This document shows positions 57,585 to 64,000 of a stretch of DNA of 64,000 bases, piece by piece. A model generated the notes under the pieces. It was not told the DNA's origin. It made no database searches and was given only the letters and a program-made list of their open reading frames with translations. Within the stretch, counting starts at the first letter, position 1. Each line of letters starts with the position of its first letter. The stretch is from an uncultured Acidimicrobiia bacterium. Its GTDB lineage: Bacteria > Acidobacteriota > Terriglobia > Versatilivoradales > Versatilivoraceae. The stretch lies in contig CAWBAT010000008.1 in NCBI GenBank assembly GCA_963786955.1, positions 1 through 64,000 of the forward strand, in the 5' to 3' direction. The position numbers and the translations under genes were made by a program.

Positions 57585-58844
57585 ATGTCAAACGTTGCCC
57601 AGTGCGGACTTAGAATTTGCATCTCCTACTTTGCGCTCTCATGGATTCTCCTACTTCTGGGCTGCAGCCAGTCCGAAGACACTGTCCCCAAACATGTGGT
57701 TGCCGTCAAGGTTGCCAGAACAGAGCGATTCGATGTGAGCCTTACGATTCGAGCCCCAGCGACTCTCTTTCCCCGTGAACAGGTTAACCTGGCTCCCCGA
57801 ACGGCTTCTCCCATCCGCGAGCTACGAGCGCGCAAAGGGGACAACGTATCAGCAGGTCAGGTTCTGGCTGTTCTAGAAAATCATGATCTACAAGCCCAAC
57901 GGCAGGAGTCCGAAGCAGCTGTCATGGAGTCCCAGGCCAATTTAGAGAAGATTTCAAGTGGCACCCTGGTGACGGAGGTGGAGCGAGCCCGAGGGCAAGT
58001 GGCTATTGCTGAAGCAGGGTTGAATCAGGCCCAGAAGAATTACGACCGCCGTGAGGAGCTTTTTGCACAAGGTGCTATCCCGCAGCGAGACCTGCTTTTT
58101 AGCCAGACTGAATTAGCCCAGGCTAAAACCGCGTTTGACGTAGCTACAAAGACACTGGAGTTGCTCGAACATCAATCGGGTGGAAGAGATATTCGGCAGG
58201 CAGAGAGCCGTCTAGCGCAAGCCAAAGCCCGCTTGCAACTGATTGAAGCTCAGCTTCACTTTACAGAATTACAGAGCCCGTTTGGCGGAAGTATTACCGA
58301 ACAATTCTTGTATCCAGGTGACATGGCCAAACCTGAAACCCCGATTTTTACGGTCATGGATTTGTCAACAGTCGTTGCCCGAGCTCAGGTCCCAGAAGAG
58401 CAGACGGGAGCGATACAGTTAGGTCAGCATGCATTCTTTACCCCTTTGAGGCAAGATCAGAGTCCGTTCGAAGGGCGTATCAGCCTGGTCAATAAGGCCG
58501 TCGATTCTGTCCGCCGTACGGTCGAGGTTTGGTGTGAAATCTCCAACCACTCGCGCCAATTGCGGGCAGGTGAATTTGGAACTCTGTCGATTATTACAGG
58601 CGTTGCCCCGCAAAGCGTGGTTGTTCCGTTAACGGGAATCCAGTTTGTGGGAGGATCCCACGAAGGGTGGGTAATGGTCGTTGATGAAAAACACAGCGCA
58701 CACAAGGTGCAGATCAGGGCTGGTGAGGTCTTTGACGGTAAGACTCAAATTACGCAAGGACTCAAAGGCGAGGAGCTCATCATTGTGGAGGGTGGCTACG
58801 GGCTCCCTGAAGGGACCGAAGTGACATTCACGGAGAAGCCATGA
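57585..58844 (+). CDS. RND efflux membrane fusion protein
   Basis: LLLGC lipobox-like motif, biotinyl-like halves (GDNVSAGQVL, SPFGGSI), long helical hairpin. Confidence 0.9.
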   Translation: MSNVAQCGLRICISYFALSWILLLLGCSQSEDTVPKHVVAVKVARTERFDVSLTIRAPATLFPREQVNLAPRTASPIRELRARKGDNVSAGQVLAVLENHDLQAQRQESEAAVMESQANLEKISSGTLVTEVERARGQVAIAEAGLNQAQKNYDRREELFAQGAIPQRDLLFSQTELAQAKTAFDVATKTLELLEHQSGGRDIRQAESRLAQAKARLQLIEAQLHFTELQSPFGGSITEQFLYPGDMAKPETPIFTVMDLSTVVARAQVPEEQTGAIQLGQHAFFTPLRQDQSPFEGRISLVNKAVDSVRRTVEVWCEISNHSRQLRAGEFGTLSIITGVAPQSVVVPLTGIQFVGGSHEGWVMVVDEKHSAHKVQIRAGEVFDGKTQITQGLKGEELIIVEGGYGLPEGTEVTFTEKP

Positions 58845-61800
58845 CGCCACGCCTGGCTCATTTTGTCGAAGACCACGGGCGCGCTCTACTGCTTATCGTC
58901 TTGAGCTTTGCCCTGGCCGGTCTCATTTTAGCTTTCCGCCTGCCAATCGCTATCTTCCCCCAGACAGATTTCCCCCGAATTATCATTTTAGTCGACAACG
59001 GGATTGCACCGGTGGACGTGCAGATGCTGACGGTCACTCGTCCGATTGAGCAGGCCATCCGAATTGTTCCGGGGATCACCGATGTTCGATCGGTGACCAG
59101 TCGCGGGTCGAGTGAGATCAGTGTATTCTTTCGTTGGGATGTGGATATCCTGAACGCCTTGCATTTGGTTCAGGGAAGAATCTCTCAAATCACCCCTACG
59201 TTACCGCCAACCGCGCGCTTTTACATCAATCGATTGACTTTCTCCGTATTTCCCATGATCGGCTTTAGCATGACTTCGCCGACCCGGAGTATCTCAGACC
59301 TCTGGGAACTGGCTTACTACAACTTGGCTCCGCGTCTCTACCGGCTCCCAGGGGTGGCGGAAGCCCGCATCGTTGGAGGTCGTCCACAGGAATACCACGT
59401 GGTTGTAAATCCGGAAAAACTCAACAGCTATGGGATGCCTTTGACAAAAGTTGTCGATGCCATTCGCTCCAGTAACCTGATTGCTGCTGCAGGAATGGTG
59501 CAGGAAAATTACCACCTCTATCTGACTACGGTTACTGGACTGATGCGGCACAAGGAAGAAATTGAAGAGACCGTGGTGGCAGTCGTTCAAGGGACACCGG
59601 TGTTCGTTAAAGATTTGGCACAAGTGGTTCCCGGCGAAAGACCTACTTACAACATTGTCACGGCTAATGGCCGTCCAGCCGTCCTGATTAATGTTTTGCA
59701 GCAACCGGACGGCAATGCGGTCCAGATTGCGGATGCCGTCAATCAGGAACTCCGCGAGATTCGTAAGAGTCTTCCTGCAGACATTGAACTAGCTACTTTC
59801 TACGATCAGTCGGTCCTGGTCCGGGACTCCATCGGCAGCGTGACCGAAAGTATTGTGGTCGGATTGGTCCTTTCTGCTGCGGTTTTGATGGGTTTTCTCA
59901 AGAGCTGGAGAACTACATTGGTCGCAGCCCTTGTCATACCCCTCGCCATCCTCATCGCCGTGGTTTTTATGAAGCTGTTTCATATGAGCTTCAACCTCAT
60001 GACCCTGGGAGGACTGGCCGCTTCGATTGGTGTCGTCATTGATGACGCCATCGTCATGGTAGAGAATATTATCGTGCATTTATCGCTCGGTCAGGCCCCG
60101 AAAATTGCCGCACGGAGTGCCATTCAGGAATTAACCCCCGCTCTGATTGGATCCACACTGACACCGATCATGGTTTTTGTCCCTTTGGTTTTCCTGGGAG
60201 GGATCACCGCTGTCTTCTTCCGTGCCTTGGCCATGACCATGGTTACAGCGTTGCTGGCTTCTCTCTTTTTGGCCATTTTTTTTACACCCGTGTTAGCGAG
60301 GTTGTTTTTAAAACGACGGGAAATTCCCCAAGCGCCCCCTCTGGGTTCGGAAGAACTAAATCTATTGGAAGCAGAACAAACAGGGGAGGGAAAAATTCTC
60401 CGAGGGTTGACTAAGCGTTATGAATTCGCCCTTCACTGGGCACTGATGCATAGCCGAAAAATATTATTCGTTTCCGCATTGATCTTGTTGTCCTCTCTCG
60501 TTATCTATTGGCAACTGGGGAGCAGTTTTTTGCCGGAATTGGACGAGGGAGCCTTCGTTTTGGACTACATCATGCCTTCCGGCACGTCGCTGGAGGAAAG
60601 TAACCGCGTGCTGCTTCACATTGAACAGTTGTTGCAAGGCACTCCTGAAATTGAAAGCTACTCTCGCCGCACCGGAGCGCGTCTGGCTCTGGCGATTGCT
60701 GAACCCAATACCGGGGATTTCCTCATCATGCTGAAACGGAAACGCCAGCGCTCCCTCAACGAAATAACGGATGAATTGCGCCACAAGATCGTGAAATCAG
60801 AACCGGCTATTGAGGTCGAATTCCCGCATATCTTGGAGGATCTCATCGGTGATCTGGCTTGGTCTCCGAAGCCCATTGAGATCAAGATCTATCACGACAA
60901 CGAAGCCACCTACGAGGCCATTGCTCGCGAGATTGAAAATTGGCTTCCTAAAATAAAGGGTGTGGTTGATGTGGTGAACTGGACCGTGGGGGTGGGACCT
61001 TCTGTCAATTTCCGGGTAGACTCGGAGAAAGCCCGGCGGGCTGGATTTAATGTTCAGGATGTAGCCGCCTTGGAGTCCGCCATACTAGATGGTGAACTGG
61101 CTTCAAATATGATCCAAGGGGACAGGCTCATCGGGATCCGGGTTCGCTACCCCGCCGATTTCCGCTCGTCAACGGACAAGCTGAATTCACTCTTGCTGAC
61201 CTCCCCGACCGGCTCTACCGTTCCTCTTTCCAGTATCTCCAAGATTGAAGTTGAAGAAGGCCAGAGCGAGGTTCGCCGAGAAAACTTGCGAAACATGACC
61301 ATGGTGACAGCTTATGTTTCCAATCGGGACCTGGGTTCGGTGATGAAGGAAATTCACCGCCGCCTATTCAAGGAGATCCAGATTCCACCTGGCACAGAAA
61401 TCGAGTTTGGCGGCCTCTATCAAATCCAACGCGAATCATTCCTCGGGTTGACCCAAGTTCTACTGATGTCAATCCTCTTGATATTCATTATTTTGGTTTT
61501 CGAGTTTCGTTCTTTTTCCCACCCTATCGCCATATTGGTAGCAACCCTATTGTGCAGCTTTGGGGCTTTGTTGGCCTTGTTCGTGACAAGATCGACTTTG
61601 AACATTGCTTCCTTCATGGGCGTCATTATGGTTGTGGGCATTGTTCACAAAAACGGGATTCTGATGCTGGATGCGGAAAAATACTTTTCAGCCCATGGCT
61701 ATCCGCTGCGCGAAGCGGTCTTTCAGGCCGGGCGTCGTCGATTACGACCCATCCTCATGACCGCTCTCGCGACGATTTTCGGGATGCTGCCGCTGGCGCT

Positions 61801-61933
61801 GGGTGTGGGGTCAGGAGCTCAACTGCTAAAACCCCTGGCCATTGCCGTCATTGGCGGTGTGGGGGTTTCCATGATTCTTTCGCTGCTCATTACACCGGTG
61901 CTCTTTTGCTGGCTACGTGAGCGGGGATTATAA
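58841..61933 (+). CDS. RND efflux permease (CusA/CzcA-like)
   Basis: 1030 aa; IDDAIVMVEN, RLRPILMT and PLAIAVIGG motifs. Confidence 0.93.
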   Translation: MTPRLAHFVEDHGRALLLIVLSFALAGLILAFRLPIAIFPQTDFPRIIILVDNGIAPVDVQMLTVTRPIEQAIRIVPGITDVRSVTSRGSSEISVFFRWDVDILNALHLVQGRISQITPTLPPTARFYINRLTFSVFPMIGFSMTSPTRSISDLWELAYYNLAPRLYRLPGVAEARIVGGRPQEYHVVVNPEKLNSYGMPLTKVVDAIRSSNLIAAAGMVQENYHLYLTTVTGLMRHKEEIEETVVAVVQGTPVFVKDLAQVVPGERPTYNIVTANGRPAVLINVLQQPDGNAVQIADAVNQELREIRKSLPADIELATFYDQSVLVRDSIGSVTESIVVGLVLSAAVLMGFLKSWRTTLVAALVIPLAILIAVVFMKLFHMSFNLMTLGGLAASIGVVIDDAIVMVENIIVHLSLGQAPKIAARSAIQELTPALIGSTLTPIMVFVPLVFLGGITAVFFRALAMTMVTALLASLFLAIFFTPVLARLFLKRREIPQAPPLGSEELNLLEAEQTGEGKILRGLTKRYEFALHWALMHSRKILFVSALILLSSLVIYWQLGSSFLPELDEGAFVLDYIMPSGTSLEESNRVLLHIEQLLQGTPEIESYSRRTGARLALAIAEPNTGDFLIMLKRKRQRSLNEITDELRHKIVKSEPAIEVEFPHILEDLIGDLAWSPKPIEIKIYHDNEATYEAIAREIENWLPKIKGVVDVVNWTVGVGPSVNFRVDSEKARRAGFNVQDVAALESAILDGELASNMIQGDRLIGIRVRYPADFRSSTDKLNSLLLTSPTGSTVPLSSISKIEVEEGQSEVRRENLRNMTMVTAYVSNRDLGSVMKEIHRRLFKEIQIPPGTEIEFGGLYQIQRESFLGLTQVLLMSILLIFIILVFEFRSFSHPIAILVATLLCSFGALLALFVTRSTLNIASFMGVIMVVGIVHKNGILMLDAEKYFSAHGYPLREAVFQAGRRRLRPILMTALATIFGMLPLALGVGSGAQLLKPLAIAVIGGVGVSMILSLLITPVLFCWLRERGL

Positions 61934-61978
61934 GAATCTCAGAAAAGGGAAAAAGTATACCGAAGACCTGCGGATTTA

Positions 61979-62052
61979 GGTGGAACGCGCGCTCCGCCGC
62001 GCGTTCATTGAGCGTGCGCGGGGAGACAGCGGTCCCACGCGCACGCTCCACC
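61979..62052. repeat. GTGG-type REP pair
   Basis: Near-identical to 44017-44087. Confidence 0.8.
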
Positions 62053-62084
62053 TGGCAACGCTCACACAATTTCGGGATCCGGGG

Positions 62085-62510
62085 TTACTTGACTACCAGT
62101 TTTCCCTTCATTTTCCCGTGTCCAAAACCGCAGAACTTGCAACAAACAAACTCAAATTCTCCTGCCTTTTCTGCATAAAATTCAATCGTTACCGGTTCAC
62201 TGGGACTGAATTTTACACAACTGTCTTTGACACCCTTGATTTCGAACCCGTGCTCTTTATCAATAGCCTTAAGGTGGATTTTCAAAAGGGTCTTGGCAGG
62301 TACCTCGATTAATGCCGGAACGAATTCGTATTTTTTGGCGCTGACATCAAACTCTTTAACCGCTGCGTCGGCAGGGGCTGTGTTACCTACCTTCACTACC
62401 TTTGCACCAGAAGGGCCTGAAGATGGTTTATCGTCTGCAATGGCCCGGCTAATCTCAAAGACAGAGAAGCAGAAGAGAATTGCCAAGGGTAAGGTAAGAG
62501 TACTTTTCAT
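62085..62510 (-). CDS. periplasmic cupredoxin with CuA-type motif
   Basis: Signal peptide, EHGF and CCKFCGFGHGKM (CxxxCxxxHxxM). Confidence 0.82.
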   Translation of the reverse strand: MKSTLTLPLAILFCFSVFEISRAIADDKPSSGPSGAKVVKVGNTAPADAAVKEFDVSAKKYEFVPALIEVPAKTLLKIHLKAIDKEHGFEIKGVKDSCVKFSPSEPVTIEFYAEKAGEFEFVCCKFCGFGHGKMKGKLVVK

Positions 62511-62620
62511 GAATCCTCCTTTTCAATGCGACTGCCAGTCAGAATTTCTCAAATAATAGATCTGGAGAGTTTCATTCTCCGTCGTCACTATATTCAGCAA
62601 TCCTCAATATAATGGAGATG

Positions 62621-63418
62621 TTACCTTTTCAAAGTCGAGAGATTTTTTTCGTGATGCGCTCGCACTTGATGACAGACCTGGGTAGCAGCCCTCAGAAGCA
62701 AGGTGAAATCACAGCCCATCAGAACCCATTGCATGCCTTTGTCCAGCCATTCGATCAACACGTCCGGATCATCCCCAACAGCGATACCAACGAAAACGCC
62801 AGATTGGCGGGCTTTGGCAATTACTGTATCGATCGCCTGAAGCACGGCGGGATGCCTTGGTTCGCCCATGTGTCCCATCGATCCGGAGAGATCATTGGGT
62901 CCGACCACAATCCCTGTCAATCCTGGAACAGCAAGAATCTCGTCAAGATTATGGACTGCATCGATATGTTCGATTTGAACGATGACGATCATGTTTTCGT
63001 TGGCTGACTGACAAAAATCCCGACCTCCCTGCCGCGCATAATGGCTGGGGCGGCGTGGGCCATATCCCCGGATGCCTTCTGGGGGGTAGCGGCAGGCAGC
63101 CACGGCTCGCCGGGCATCCTCAGCCGTGCGGATCAAGGGAATAATAACCCCGGCCGCCCCGATGTCGAGCACGGGCTTAATGATTACAGGGTCGTTCCAG
63201 GAGACTCGGACGAGCGGAGTCGTCCCGCTTCCTTTGGTCGCCATCACATGCGCTTGAACGGTTTCTATTGAGAGCGGGGCATGTTCCATGTCGATCCAAA
63301 CAAAATCCAAGAGCCCACACAACGCTTCCGTGATGGTCGGGTCGCTGAAGCTGATCCCGGTACCAATACAAACCTGTCCTTGGCTGAGTTTGGATTGAAA
63401 TGAACTGGCTTTTTCCAT
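62621..63418 (-). CDS. HpcH/HpaI family aldolase
   Basis: IDMEH, LDIGAAG, RYPPEGIRG, QIE and GPNDLS motifs. Confidence 0.92.
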   Translation of the reverse strand: MEKASSFQSKLSQGQVCIGTGISFSDPTITEALCGLLDFVWIDMEHAPLSIETVQAHVMATKGSGTTPLVRVSWNDPVIIKPVLDIGAAGVIIPLIRTAEDARRAVAACRYPPEGIRGYGPRRPSHYARQGGRDFCQSANENMIVIVQIEHIDAVHNLDEILAVPGLTGIVVGPNDLSGSMGHMGEPRHPAVLQAIDTVIAKARQSGVFVGIAVGDDPDVLIEWLDKGMQWVLMGCDFTLLLRAATQVCHQVRAHHEKNLSTLKR

Positions 63419-63544
63419 ATGGATCGTCTCCTATTACATCATGGCATGAACTTATTTCTTAAGAGAAAGAGAAGGCACAAATTCAAAGCGGCTTCCGTGC
63501 ATCAAGTCGTTTCTGTTCTGTTGAAGGCCCTTAACCTTTAACAA

Positions 63545-64000
63545 TCACTTCTTGGATTCCTGGATGAGTCTTGACATGTATTCGTAGGTCTCCCAAACCC
63601 AGGCGTCCGGATCTATGGGAACACCGCAATTCAGCTGGGCAGTCAGGTATCCGTCATAACCCACCTCTTTGAGAACACGGATGAACATCCGCCAGTTAAT
63701 AGTTCCTTTGCCCGGCACGTTATGAACTAGTCCTTCACCGCTGCCACTGTTGTCGCTGATGTGGACGTAGACTAAATGCTTCGCAACTTTGCGGACTGAA
63801 TCAGAAAGGTGGGGGTCTGTGATGTTTTGATCTGCGGTATCGATCATCAGCCGGCAGCTCTTTGAATTAATCTCTTTCATCATTTTCAAACTATCGTCAA
63901 GAGTTACGATCACACGGGACTCCGAGGGCGCAAGAGTATGAAGGGCGAGAGTGACTCGGCATTTTTCCGCATGCTTTGCGACTTCGCTCATCCCTTCCCG
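63545..64000 (-). CDS. sugar phosphate isomerase/epimerase, 5' truncated by the window edge
   Basis: MIDT, YVHISD, PGKGTINW and GYDGYL motifs. Confidence 0.8.
   Translation of the reverse strand, partial: REGMSEVAKHAEKCRVTLALHTLAPSESRVIVTLDDSLKMMKEINSKSCRLMIDTADQNITDPHLSDSVRKVAKHLVYVHISDNSGSGEGLVHNVPGKGTINWRMFIRVLKEVGYDGYLTAQLNCGVPIDPDAWVWETYEYMSRLIQESKK

Overview
Bacterial chromosomal segment, about 50% GC, probably Acidobacteriota. That assignment is inferred from the tandem DUF507 genes, a TIGR02999-type ECF sigma next to a Ser/Thr kinase, and the pgpA-cinA-plsY-gpsA gene order. Most of the window is housekeeping: pgk (3' end), tpiA, secG, three tRNAs (Leu-GAG, Val-TAC, Asp-GTC), greA, mlaDFE, def-fmt-rsmB, class I fumarase, truA, rimO, yacG, lipid genes and an RND efflux operon. 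The accessory content is more unusual. (i) Beside tRNA-Leu lies a 1.2 kb cassette bracketed by a perfect 23-bp inverted repeat ending TGACCCC; one copy is the 3' end of a remnant HUH-transposase HTH tail, and the cargo includes an excisionase-like gene and a GNAT-like gene. (ii) An HprK-like kinase / O-antigen ligase / two GT4 / nucleotidyltransferase operon follows. (iii) A lone IS200-like TnpA sits in a dense REP field. (iv) Intergenic spaces hold many nested repeats, including a ~110-bp MITE with 3-bp target duplications that inserts into hairpin repeats and carries interchangeable GTAG-REP pairs. (v) There are two Lys-rich, probably DNA-binding proteins. Several single-base frameshifts, including in pgk and tpiA, suggest residual assembly error. 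All protein calls come from motif recognition by eye; no database searches were run.
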